A DNA stretch of 64,000 bases from Bacteroidota bacterium (GCA_026390935.1 JAPLEZ010000153.1:4052-68051); one strand, 5' to 3'; shown: positions 30,659-39,660, counted from the first letter of the stretch. Notes: generated by a model not told the origin, from the letters alone. Made by a program: numbers and translations.

Positions 30659-32490
30659 GTGCTATATTCGGATATACAGGAAACACAGGTAGTGCAGAAG
30701 CTCTGTCAAAATCACTTAGGCATTGGCAACCTGATAGGGAAGCTATTTTGCAAGATGATAAGGTATCGCTTGGAGCATTGGAATTGTTCAATGTTCCTGA
30801 ATCCCCTTTAACTCCGCAACCCTACCAATACAAAGATTTGATAGTGGTTGCTGATTGCAGAATCGACAATAGGGAAGAGCTGGCAAAGGAATTTTCCATT
30901 AAGGATATTTCAGCCCACGCCGATATTGAATACATCGCTTTAGCCTATGAAAAATGGGGAAACGATGCGCCAAAATATTTAGTGGGCGATTTTGCTTTTG
31001 CAATTTGGGATAAAAAAAGTGATCAATTATTTGCTGCTCGAGATCATTTTGGAATTAAAACTTTGTACTATTCTGAAGTAAAAGGCGAACTTGTTTTTGC
31101 TTCCGAAATGAAAGGAATTTTGGCTTATCCTGGATTTAAAATTTCGTACAATGAAGAGTATATCATTAGTGAATTTTCAGCCTTAGAGCTTTCTGCCACC
31201 AGCACGTTTTACGACAATATTCATTTATTGCCTCAGGGATTTTCTTTGATCTGGAAAAATAAAATCGTGAGAAGCTCAGCCTATTGGACTTTTGGTGAAC
31301 GAACAGTAGAAATCCCTATAACTGTTGCCGAACAAGAAGCGGAGTTCAATCGCTTGGCCTATCAAAGCGTTCGAGACCGTTTGCGTTCGTTTAGAAGATT
31401 GGGTGCGGAGTCCAGCGGAGGATTGGATTCAACAGGTATTGCAGCCATTGCCATGGAAACTTTGGGCAAGGGAAAAGAGTTTTATTCTTTTGGTTATGGA
31501 AGGGCAGCCAATCCTACCACCGAGCAGGATGATAAGGATGACATGGACATCGTCCGGGATATGTGCGTAAAATACGGTATTGAAAAATATCTCACTGTTG
31601 TGAGTGAAAATGATTTGAATGGTCAGGAAATGCTTGATTTGATGATTGAGGTTTGCGATGATTACGAAAGCAACGGTGTGCCTTTAATGTCGTTGGCTCT
31701 GTTGAAGCACGCTGTGAAGAATGATGTTGGTGTGATGCTTTCTGGTTGGGCCGGAGATCAGGGAGTAACTTGTACAGCCGAAGGATTTTTTGAAAACTTG
31801 TCGAGGGAAAAAAGATACCGCGAGTTATGGAAAGATTTGCGCAGAAAACATTCGCGCTTAAAGGCACCATCCCGTTTTCTTTTTTACGTGTTGAAGGGTT
31901 GGAATAGAAATTCGTTTTATAAAAAGAACAATAAAGTAGAAAGATTGAATTTGGAGCTGGGTCCTTTAAAAGAGGAACTCATTGCTAAATACAATTTGAA
32001 AGAATTGAGAGGAGTAAACGCTTTCTTAAAGGATTGTTCCGACATTCAAACCTATTTCAAAAGAAATATACAGTATAAAGGTATTGAAAAAAGAACTTGT
32101 GATCATGTATTGATCGGTCAACATTTTCGCATTGAATACCGCTTTCCAATGCTAGATGTAAGATTGTTGGAGTACATTTATAGCTTGCCTTTTAGTACGA
32201 TAGCTCCGCAAGGGAAATCACGATATTTATTTAAAAAGTTGGTTCAACCTCTAGTGCCTCCTCGCCTAATCAGCATGCATAAAAGTTATGTTGCAACAAC
32301 ACCTTTTATCTTTAAGTTTAATGAAGCTTTTCTTCCCTTTGTGCGCGAGCAATTTTATGCTAACAGAAATCCGCTTTTAGATAAATATTTTGCGGTGCAA
32401 AAATTGGAAAAAGAAGGCTCTGAAAAGGAAGCTAAAAAAAGAAATAAAAGCTACCTAAAATTATACTTCTTTGCAAAGAAGATGAAATAG
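30655..32490 (+). CDS. Lasso peptide cyclase (C protein; asparagine-synthetase homologue lacking the Cys2 glutaminase nucleophile)
   Basis: Starts MSAIFGY (Ser in place of Cys), ARDHFGIKTLYY, ESSGGLDSTGIAAIA PP-loop; context with B1/B2/precursors/ABC. Confidence 0.7.
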   Translation: MSAIFGYTGNTGSAEALSKSLRHWQPDREAILQDDKVSLGALELFNVPESPLTPQPYQYKDLIVVADCRIDNREELAKEFSIKDISAHADIEYIALAYEKWGNDAPKYLVGDFAFAIWDKKSDQLFAARDHFGIKTLYYSEVKGELVFASEMKGILAYPGFKISYNEEYIISEFSALELSATSTFYDNIHLLPQGFSLIWKNKIVRSSAYWTFGERTVEIPITVAEQEAEFNRLAYQSVRDRLRSFRRLGAESSGGLDSTGIAAIAMETLGKGKEFYSFGYGRAANPTTEQDDKDDMDIVRDMCVKYGIEKYLTVVSENDLNGQEMLDLMIEVCDDYESNGVPLMSLALLKHAVKNDVGVMLSGWAGDQGVTCTAEGFFENLSREKRYRELWKDLRRKHSRLKAPSRFLFYVLKGWNRNSFYKKNNKVERLNLELGPLKEELIAKYNLKELRGVNAFLKDCSDIQTYFKRNIQYKGIEKRTCDHVLIGQHFRIEYRFPMLDVRLLEYIYSLPFSTIAPQGKSRYLFKKLVQPLVPPRLISMHKSYVATTPFIFKFNEAFLPFVREQFYANRNPLLDKYFAVQKLEKEGSEKEAKKRNKSYLKLYFFAKKMK

Positions 32491-33261
32491 ATGGGTGCAA
32501 TTTCTTATATAAAAGCCCGAACAAGTAATTTCAGAAATGCCATTTGGCATTCTAATAAATTTGGCTATCGCGTCCTCCGTCCACTATATGCCTCTGCGCA
32601 TTTTACTTTTTCCTTTTTATTCAATTCAGCATATCGAAATAAAACCATTGATTACTTAAAATACCGTAAGCATTACCATCAATTCCCAAATTTTACAAAG
32701 GCGAATCGTTATCCCGATTTATTTAGCATTTGTCAGCGATACTTTAAGGACAAAGAGCAGGTGAGAATTCTTTCTTTCGGATGCTCAACGGGTGAAGAGG
32801 TGTATAGTATCAATGAATATCTTCCTGAAGCTACCATTGTAGGAACCGATATTAGTGAATACAACTTGAAAGAGTGCAATAAAAAAGAGAAGAAGAAAAA
32901 CATTTCATTTATTCATAGCTTGTCGGAAACCTACCAACAAAGCAAAAATTTTGACGCGATATTTTGTTTGGCGGTTTTACAACACAACGATAATTTCAAC
33001 AAAGACATACCAACTGCTACTAAATATACCTTCAGTCAGTTTGAAGAGCAGATCATTACTTTAGACGAAAAGTTAAAATCAGGAGGCCTGTTTTTCATTG
33101 ATCAAACTGATTTCAATTTTTTGGAAACGAAACTCCGAAATCAATATTTTCCTTTGGAAGTTCGAGGCAATCGTAAAAGCAATCCCCGACCTTTATACAA
33201 TTCCAAAAATATCAGAATTTCCAATGAGCATAACTGTTTCAGGGTTTTTTTGAAGAAGTAG
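32491..33261 (+). CDS. CheR-type SAM-dependent (carboxyl) methyltransferase
   Basis: VRILSFGCSTGEEVYSI matches CheR motif (WSAGCSTGEEPYS); 256 aa. Confidence 0.55.
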   Translation: MGAISYIKARTSNFRNAIWHSNKFGYRVLRPLYASAHFTFSFLFNSAYRNKTIDYLKYRKHYHQFPNFTKANRYPDLFSICQRYFKDKEQVRILSFGCSTGEEVYSINEYLPEATIVGTDISEYNLKECNKKEKKKNISFIHSLSETYQQSKNFDAIFCLAVLQHNDNFNKDIPTATKYTFSQFEEQIITLDEKLKSGGLFFIDQTDFNFLETKLRNQYFPLEVRGNRKSNPRPLYNSKNIRISNEHNCFRVFLKK

Positions 33262-33311
33262 TGGTGAATTAATTGAATTTCTTTTATTTTTAGAAAAATA
33301 CCACATTGATT

Positions 33312-33437
33312 ATGGAAACAAAAAATGAAATAGAAGTAAAAAAAGTTTGGGTTAAACCTGAATTGAAAGTTGAAGAATTGAATATAACGGCTGTCAAAGG
33401 CACTAATATATTAGAAGGTGGTCCCTACCGCACTTAA
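33312..33437 (+). CDS. Lasso peptide precursor A1: METKNEIEVKKVWVKPELKVEELNITA|VKGTNILEGGPYRT (predicted core after leader Thr-2)
   Basis: Read by hand; not in ORF track (41 aa); shares leader KKVWVKPELKVEE with A2/A3. Confidence 0.65.
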   Translation: METKNEIEVKKVWVKPELKVEELNITAVKGTNILEGGPYRT

Positions 33438-33471
33438 TAGCATGTATAATTGAAATAATAGCATTTGCATT

Positions 33472-33591
33472 ATGAAAACAGAAAAAGAAGTAAAAAAAGT
33501 TTGGGTTAAACCTGAATTAAAAGTTGAAGAAGTAGAAGTTACTAATGGTGGTGGGGCGCGAGTTAGAGAATCAGGGACTTACAGAACGTAA
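33472..33591 (+). CDS. Lasso peptide precursor A2: MKTEKEVKKVWVKPELKVEEVEVTN|GGGARVRESGTYRT
   Basis: Read by hand (39 aa); leader Thr at -2, Gly1, Glu8 for 8-residue macrolactam. Confidence 0.7.
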   Translation: MKTEKEVKKVWVKPELKVEEVEVTNGGGARVRESGTYRT

Positions 33592-33595
33592 TTGT

Positions 33596-33805
33596 TTATA
33601 TCTCTTTGAGATAGTTAAAGAGTTCAAAATCTTTTTTGTAAAAGTCTTTAACCATTTCAAGTAATTCATCATCGTAAAATTCCATGAAATTCAAGTGCTT
33701 AGAGCTATTGATTTCATGGAATTTTGGTTTTGATAGGTTTAAGGTATTGAAGAAGGACTGGAGGATGAGCTTCGAGACCAATTTACTGTGGTGGCATGTG
33801 TTCAT
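33596..33805 (-). pseudogene. Truncated duplicate of the 3' end of the sulfotransferase gene at 34024-34650 (C-terminal ~47 aa near-identical)
   Basis: ...NLSKPKFHEINSSKHLNFMEFYDDELLEMVKDFYKKDFELFNYLKEI vs C-terminus of 34024..34650 product; nucleotide repeat 33592-33750 ~ 34017-34175. Confidence 0.6.
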
Positions 33806-33893
33806 TGCTTGGATAGTTGGCTTGCTGTCGCAGCTACATCGTCAATCATTGTTATTATTATCTAGATTTATTATTTTCGAAAAAAAATCACTC

Positions 33894-34019
33894 ATGGAAA
33901 ACAAGAACGAACAAGAAATTAAAAAAGTTTGGGTTAAACCTGAAGTTAAAGTTGAAGAAGTAGATGTTACTAATGGTGGTGGGCCGGGATTGAGAGAAGG
34001 AGGGACTTACAGATCGTAA
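33894..34019 (+). CDS. Lasso peptide precursor A3: MENKNEQEIKKVWVKPEVKVEEVDVTN|GGGPGLREGGTYRS
   Basis: Internal Met of track ORF 33684..34019; same leader; only last 41 codons judged real. Confidence 0.7.
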   Translation: MENKNEQEIKKVWVKPEVKVEEVDVTNGGGPGLREGGTYRS

Positions 34020-34023
34020 TCGT

Positions 34024-34650
34024 TTATATCTCTTTGAGATAGTTAAATAGTTCAAAATCTTTTTTGTAAAGGTCTTTAACCATTTCAAGTAATTCATCAT
34101 CGTAATATTCCATGAAATTCAAGTGCTTAGAGCTATTGATTTCATGGAATTTTGGTTTTCCTAGGTTTAAAGCACTAAAGATGTGCTGAAGGTCATTGTT
34201 GAAGTTTTCCACCTTTCCTATAAAATCCATTTTGAGTTGGCGGTTTTCATTGACTAAGAATTCAAACTGCGGCAGCAAATGAATTTTTGATTCCAGATTT
34301 TCCTTACTAAGCATTTTTTTAATTTCGTCTCGATGTACTGAAGGACTTATGTTTTCAGTCTTTTTTATGAAGAAGTAATAGGAGATGAGTCTATCGTATG
34401 GATTGCGAACAAAAGCAAATTTATAATATTCGTTGATTAATGGCTTGAAGTAGGGTTCTACTTCCGTATACTTTAAATGACCATGTGGAATATCGGCCAG
34501 TTTTTTAAAAGGAAGTTTGCTCGACTTAAATAATGCAACCTGTTCAAGGTCCTTTTCAGACAGATGTTCCCGCAAAGCAAAGCGCACTGAATGTGTTCCT
34601 GTTTTAGGAATCGCAAAAAACATAAATTTATGTTGGTGGCTGATGATCAC
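34024..34650 (-). CDS. Sulfotransferase-family protein (second sulfotransferase of the cluster)
   Basis: FFAIPKTGTHSVRFAL (PKTGTT-type 5'-PSB motif), VRNPYDRLISYY. Confidence 0.6.
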   Translation of the reverse strand: MIISHQHKFMFFAIPKTGTHSVRFALREHLSEKDLEQVALFKSSKLPFKKLADIPHGHLKYTEVEPYFKPLINEYYKFAFVRNPYDRLISYYFFIKKTENISPSVHRDEIKKMLSKENLESKIHLLPQFEFLVNENRQLKMDFIGKVENFNNDLQHIFSALNLGKPKFHEINSSKHLNFMEYYDDELLEMVKDLYKKDFELFNYLKEI

Positions 34651-35240
34651 AATTCAAAGTCGGGTTTTGGAACATCATTGATTTCGGCATCCAGATATTC
34701 GAATATTAAGTGAATACGAGCTGTATTGCCGTCGTTTCTTACGGCGTGCATGCCTGAATTGTCCATTTCATAGGCTTTGCCTTTTTCAAAATAATAGTCG
34801 ATTCCTCTCACCGAAAAAACAACCTGCGGATTTGTAATTATTGGAATGTGAATTTTATGGGGAGGCCAGAAAATATAGTCAGAATCAATGTGTTCGGGAA
34901 TTATGGTACCCGGAACCATGCGCGCCAACATCACTCTCGGAAAAAATCCTTTTTTATAGCCATAAGGTTCTACGGCTTTTTGCATGATTGGCAGCAAAAC
35001 AGCTTTATACTTGTCCCACAATTCCAAATCGAAATAGACACAGGGACCTTCTAGTTTTTTACTCCAACGAAAATTGACGTGATTGACTTGTGATAGAGAG
35101 TATTTTTTATTTTGATTGACTTTAAAATCTTCCTCCTTATCCCATTCATATATCAATTCGGGAAGTATTTTAATTAAAGGGTTAATGTCAACTTCCCCTA
35201 AAAACCGCACGCTGTTTGTTTTGCAATTGTTTTTTTCCAT
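34647..35240 (-). CDS. Aspartyl/asparaginyl beta-hydroxylase-family (AspH/LpxO-like) Fe(II)/2-oxoglutarate oxygenase
   Basis: PEHIDSD...H...NSGMHAVRNDG...RIHLIF cupin-type metal-binding pattern; 197 aa soluble. Confidence 0.45.
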   Translation of the reverse strand: MEKNNCKTNSVRFLGEVDINPLIKILPELIYEWDKEEDFKVNQNKKYSLSQVNHVNFRWSKKLEGPCVYFDLELWDKYKAVLLPIMQKAVEPYGYKKGFFPRVMLARMVPGTIIPEHIDSDYIFWPPHKIHIPIITNPQVVFSVRGIDYYFEKGKAYEMDNSGMHAVRNDGNTARIHLIFEYLDAEINDVPKPDFEL

Positions 35241-35307
35241 TAGTCTTCCTATTGCTTGATAAAGATATCGGTAAAATTATCTTATTTTTGCTCAAAATCT
35301 AGGAATC

Positions 35308-35580
35308 ATGGACTTGAATAAAAAAATCTCCCGCAGCGATAATTATGTTTTCAATGAAGTGGATGGAGAGTTGGTAATGATGAACATTGAAACAGGTTCG
35401 TACGCGAGCTTAAATGAAACTGGGAAATCTATTTGGTTGCAGTTGGAAACAGCTAAAACATTGGATAGTGTGATTGAAGGTTTGATTGCCGAATATGAAA
35501 TTGATAGAGCTACTTGTGAGCAAGAAGTTTTTCCTTTCGTGGAAAAAATGGTAAAAGACGAAATACTGATTTTAGCTTAA
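35308..35580 (+). CDS. PqqD-like RiPP recognition element (lasso peptide B1 protein)
   Basis: 90 aa, NEVDGELVMMNIETGSYASLNETGKSIWLQLETAKTLDSVIEGLIAEYEID - PqqD family pattern. Confidence 0.65.
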   Translation: MDLNKKISRSDNYVFNEVDGELVMMNIETGSYASLNETGKSIWLQLETAKTLDSVIEGLIAEYEIDRATCEQEVFPFVEKMVKDEILILA

Positions 35581-35609
35581 TTTTTATTGTGAGGGCCTGG
35601 AGTTTCGTG

Positions 35610-36812
35610 CTATAACTCTGTAATTTTTATCTCCGATTTTAAATTCTTTAGAGCAAAATTCACTTTGAATTTATTTCCTTTTTGTGGTGAAATAAAATAC
35701 AGTTGAGAGCTCCAATGATTGCTGGGATCCACTTTTTGAGGATGCATAGAAAGAACGTTGTTGCTCGATAATTCTGTTTCAAAGTACAGTAGCATTCCGT
35801 TGAAAATTCCGGAATTTTCCAAAGAAAATATTTTTTCACAATCTTCTACTTTATCTACAGCGTTTGAAAAATCTAGATGAGCCAATTCTATTGGTTCAGA
35901 AAGCACTTTCCAGTTTTTAGTTTCAGTGCTATTGATGTTGATTTTTTGTAAAGTTTGTTTGTCGTTAAATTCAAGGAACGAGGAAAAATCAACACCATAC
36001 CATTCTTTCCAATGGACAATATTTTCTGGTGACAATTGATTTTGATGGTATTTTTTAAAATCTGCTTCAACCGCCATTCCAAATACTGTAATGCTTTTGG
36101 GAATTATAATCGCGATGGGAGTGAGTAATCTCTCTTTAGCATCTTTAAAGGTTTTAATAATGCCTTCCTGGAAGGGATCATTCCCAATGATTTCGCTTAC
36201 CAAAACGGTGGCTTTTTCGGGTAAGGTTATTTTTGTCGAATCGCCGTGGATCAAAGTTATTTTATCTTCCAGTCTGTTGGCTTTAAAAACGGCACTTGCC
36301 ACTTCAATAAATTCGGTCCTTTCAATGGCATACACATGCTTTGCTCCGGCCATGGCTGCAGTAGCGGCTAATATGCCATTGCCAGTTCCAATATCTAATA
36401 CAATGTCGTTTGGGGTTACGGTTTCACGAATGGCTTTTTGAAAAGCTAATGTTCGCGCTTTATCGTTCAACATTCGGATATGAACAGGAAAGGAATCAAA
36501 TTTTCCGCTATGGAAACCAAAGGTGTTTTTGCTTTCGTCTTTTACTTCAAAAAAGCCTTTTTTGAGTAAGTCGTGAAAATCAGCAGTAAATGTTATAAAG
36601 GAACTTTTATCTGTGCAGCTGTCAGCTATTTTTTTGAGTCCGTCTTCAATGCTAGTCCATTGTTGAAAAACCTCCACAAGTTTTAATACTTCATTTGATT
36701 TTTTTATCCTCAACTCCCCATTAGAAATAGTAAAGCCCGAATCGGTAAATTGAAAATTTACTTTTCTATTGAATCTAATGATGTCTTTTTTGTTTATTTT
36801 CATGGAAATCAA
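35610..36812 (-). CDS. Protein-arginine-N-methyltransferase-like class I SAM methyltransferase
   Basis: DIVLDIGTGNGILAATAAMAGAKHVYAIE...LVSEIIGN closely parallels PRMT1 motifs I/post-I/II (VLDVGSGTGIL...AGARKVIGIE...IISEWMGY). Confidence 0.5.
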   Translation of the reverse strand: MISMKINKKDIIRFNRKVNFQFTDSGFTISNGELRIKKSNEVLKLVEVFQQWTSIEDGLKKIADSCTDKSSFITFTADFHDLLKKGFFEVKDESKNTFGFHSGKFDSFPVHIRMLNDKARTLAFQKAIRETVTPNDIVLDIGTGNGILAATAAMAGAKHVYAIERTEFIEVASAVFKANRLEDKITLIHGDSTKITLPEKATVLVSEIIGNDPFQEGIIKTFKDAKERLLTPIAIIIPKSITVFGMAVEADFKKYHQNQLSPENIVHWKEWYGVDFSSFLEFNDKQTLQKININSTETKNWKVLSEPIELAHLDFSNAVDKVEDCEKIFSLENSGIFNGMLLYFETELSSNNVLSMHPQKVDPSNHWSSQLYFISPQKGNKFKVNFALKNLKSEIKITEL

Positions 36813-36862
36813 ACTTAGTTAAATTTTGTAACTTGCAGGAAATTCTAAAGCGATTAAATCAA

Positions 36863-36988
36863 ATGGAAAATAAAATCAAAGAAGGAAAAAAAGTTTGGAT
36901 TAAACCTGAATTGGAAATTGAAGATGTGCTTTTAACCGAAGGCGGTCGAAATACTCCTGCTCCCGAGAACAGCACTCAGCGTACTTAG
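36863..36988 (+). CDS. Lasso peptide precursor A4 (divergent core): MENKIKEGKKVWIKPELEIEDVLLTE|GGRNTPAPENSTQRT
   Basis: Read by hand (41 aa); leader motif KKVWIKPELEIE; C-terminal RT. Confidence 0.6.
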   Translation: MENKIKEGKKVWIKPELEIEDVLLTEGGRNTPAPENSTQRT

Positions 36989-37021
36989 TTCAAGTAGCTT
37001 TTAAATAAAGCGAAACTCTAT

Positions 37022-37963
37022 ATGTATGGCACTTTTCAAAGACTTCAGCTCAGTGAAATAGATGAGCAGCAAGTAAGTTTGTCGGAACGCTACATTTCCC
37101 CCAACATTCAAATATTTGAAAAGGCTTTTTGTGATTTTAGAAAAGAGGTAGATGAGATTTGGAAAGCGGGATTTTCATCAACAATAAGTGCCCAAAAAAA
37201 TTCCTTTTTAAAAGAGAAAATTGAACAAAGCAAGAAGAAATTATTTTCTTCGGAAATAGCTGCATATCCTGTTGGAATATGCTATCCTCTTTCAGAAATA
37301 GCATTTCAATTCCTTATGGAATTGGAAGTGCACGATCCAAAATCGGTATTTTATTCTTTGCGTGAATTCCTTGAAAAAGGCGGCATCATTAAAGTAATTT
37401 GGGGAGAAGTTCGGCATGAGTTTTTTCAAACTTCTTTGCAAATTGGAGAATGGTGTGTTGATGTTGCCAACGATACCGTGGATGTGAAAAAACCTAAGGT
37501 GGTGTGTTTTAAGCTTACTGCTTCCGATTGCCCTTTTCATGAAGTTTTATCAATAGAGCAATATGTGCAAATAAAGCGATCGTATCATGATTGCACCATT
37601 TATGTGAATACCATATTTCCGCATTTATTTCCTTACTTTCCACTGCTGGTGCTTCAAAATAAAGATGGAAAAATCAGTTTAGACACATCCATTTGTGTGC
37701 TTGATTTGACATTGAGCAAGGGTTATGACTTTGTTTTTTCTTCTTTGTTTCAACCATTGCCAAAAGAAGTTTTTGAGCGCATATCAATAAAGGTGGATCG
37801 TTTGCGCGCTAAGTATCAATATGCTGAATTGCTGGAGTGTAGAAATTGCGCACTTGAAGAATTGGCAAAACTAAGTGTTGCTCAAGTGTTAACCGATAAA
37901 GCCACCATGACCAAAGTTAAAGCCACTGTGAAATACATTAATTTTATGGTGAATGCTTTGTAA
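37022..37963 (+). CDS. Hypothetical protein inside lasso cluster (no recognisable motif)
   Basis: 313-aa ORF, good coding appearance, co-oriented between precursor A4 and ABC exporter. Confidence 0.3.
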   Translation: MYGTFQRLQLSEIDEQQVSLSERYISPNIQIFEKAFCDFRKEVDEIWKAGFSSTISAQKNSFLKEKIEQSKKKLFSSEIAAYPVGICYPLSEIAFQFLMELEVHDPKSVFYSLREFLEKGGIIKVIWGEVRHEFFQTSLQIGEWCVDVANDTVDVKKPKVVCFKLTASDCPFHEVLSIEQYVQIKRSYHDCTIYVNTIFPHLFPYFPLLVLQNKDGKISLDTSICVLDLTLSKGYDFVFSSLFQPLPKEVFERISIKVDRLRAKYQYAELLECRNCALEELAKLSVAQVLTDKATMTKVKATVKYINFMVNAL

Positions 37964-38001
37964 GTCTTTTGCTGCCCAACATAAAAGCTTATTTTTGATC
38001 A

Positions 38002-39660
38002 ATGCACAATCTTAAATCCATACTTTCATTTTTCAAATTGATGCTTTCGCATTTCAGGTGGAAGATTGTATTGATTGTGTTGTTCGGTATACTTTTTTCC
38101 TTTTTTCAGGGCGTAGGAATTGTAATGATTATTCCACTGCTGGAATCTTTTCAGAACAATGGAAATTCCATGTTTACCAAGGTGTTTGAGTTTTTGGGCT
38201 GGAGTGGTGGATTGAATCAATTGTTGTTGATTTATTTTTTGATTTTACTTTTTTATGCGCTCTTCAAAGCTTTGCAAATTTTATACACGCAACGCACGAT
38301 CGCACGTTTTTCCAATCAATTTGCAGTAGATGCCATGCAGCATTTGCTAACGGCCAATTGGGAATTTTATTTAAAAGTACCTTCTTCACAAATCATTAAT
38401 TTATTGAAAACCGAAAGTCGTTCGGTGAAAACATTGGCGCATTTTCTTTTTCAGGCAATGCAGGGCGCAATATTAATTGCCATTCAATTGTTTTTTGCTT
38501 GCTGGATTTCTGTTAAGCTCACAGCACTTTTGCTGGTGATACTGGTATTTTTATTTCTCATTCAGCGCTTTGTTTTTAAAGCCAATTACAATTTAGGAAA
38601 GGGAAATGTGGGCTTGTCGGAATTTTTACAAAAATATCTCAACGAGACTTTTAAAGGAATAAAACTATTGAAGTTACACCGACTGGAACTGAAAAAAGGT
38701 AAAGAGTACGAGGAACAAATGGAAAGAATTTACCAAAATGAAATTAAGAAGTCGACGATGGATGCTTTGAGCGATTTGCTGTACACCTTGTCGGGAGCGC
38801 TCATCATTATTTTAATGATAGGATTCAGCATTTCTTACAATTTACTTTCTATTACGTCCTTATTGGTTTTACTGGTTTTATTTTCCAGGGTAATTTCACA
38901 GTCTACAGCTCTTGTTCAAACTACAGGTTATATTGTGAATTTAATTCCATCTTTTAATCGCTTTGCTGAAATAGTTGATTTGGCGAAGGAAAGCGCACAG
39001 CAACCTTCAGAGAAGTTGGAAAGAAGAAATATTGCATCATTGGAATTGAAAAACATTCACTTCTCTTTTGGAGAGAAAAAAATATTGAACGATCTCAACA
39101 TCAAATTTGAAAAAGGAAAATTTTATGTGCTCACTGGTGCAAGCGGAGTGGGAAAAACCATTACTTCCGATTTGATTTGCGGATTGATTTCGCCTCAGCA
39201 AGGAGAAATCATCATTGATGGAAATATAGTGAGTATAGAGCTCTTAAAAAGCTATCAGGCGTCTATCGGTTATGTTTTGCAGGATACTGTTTTGTTTGGC
39301 ACTTCCATCCGCAACAACATCACTTTCATGGAAAATTATTCCGATGAACAAATTTTAAATGCTGCACATAAAGCCGGATTGAAAAGTCTTTTGGAAAAAT
39401 TGCCCGAAGGATTAGATGCTATTGTGAAAGAAGACAATCGCGGATTTTCGGGAGGTGAAATGCAACGCATTGCCATTGCCCGTGCGCTCATTCGCAAAAC
39501 TCCTTTGATTATTTTGGATGAGGTAACCAACGCTTTGGATAGAAAAAACGAAGACATTATTTTGGCTACGATCAACGAAATAAAAAAAGACAGCATTGTG
39601 ATTTTAATCACGCATAAAGAGTATTTGTTTGATTTGGCCGACGAAGTAGTACGTTTGTAA
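38002..39660 (+). CDS. ABC transporter, fused permease/ATP-binding protein (lasso peptide exporter D candidate)
   Basis: N-terminal 6-TM region; Walker A GASGVGKT, signature FSGGEMQRIAIARAL, Walker B LIILDEVTNALD. Confidence 0.8.
   Translation: MHNLKSILSFFKLMLSHFRWKIVLIVLFGILFSFFQGVGIVMIIPLLESFQNNGNSMFTKVFEFLGWSGGLNQLLLIYFLILLFYALFKALQILYTQRTIARFSNQFAVDAMQHLLTANWEFYLKVPSSQIINLLKTESRSVKTLAHFLFQAMQGAILIAIQLFFACWISVKLTALLLVILVFLFLIQRFVFKANYNLGKGNVGLSEFLQKYLNETFKGIKLLKLHRLELKKGKEYEEQMERIYQNEIKKSTMDALSDLLYTLSGALIIILMIGFSISYNLLSITSLLVLLVLFSRVISQSTALVQTTGYIVNLIPSFNRFAEIVDLAKESAQQPSEKLERRNIASLELKNIHFSFGEKKILNDLNIKFEKGKFYVLTGASGVGKTITSDLICGLISPQQGEIIIDGNIVSIELLKSYQASIGYVLQDTVLFGTSIRNNITFMENYSDEQILNAAHKAGLKSLLEKLPEGLDAIVKEDNRGFSGGEMQRIAIARALIRKTPLIILDEVTNALDRKNEDIILATINEIKKDSIVILITHKEYLFDLADEVVRL

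Noticed and set aside
33684-34019. 111-aa track ORF spanning the duplication junction
   Set aside because: Only the last 41 codons (precursor A3, from ATG 33894) are plausible; the upstream part reads through the sulfotransferase pseudogene fragment on the opposite strand and has low-complexity translation
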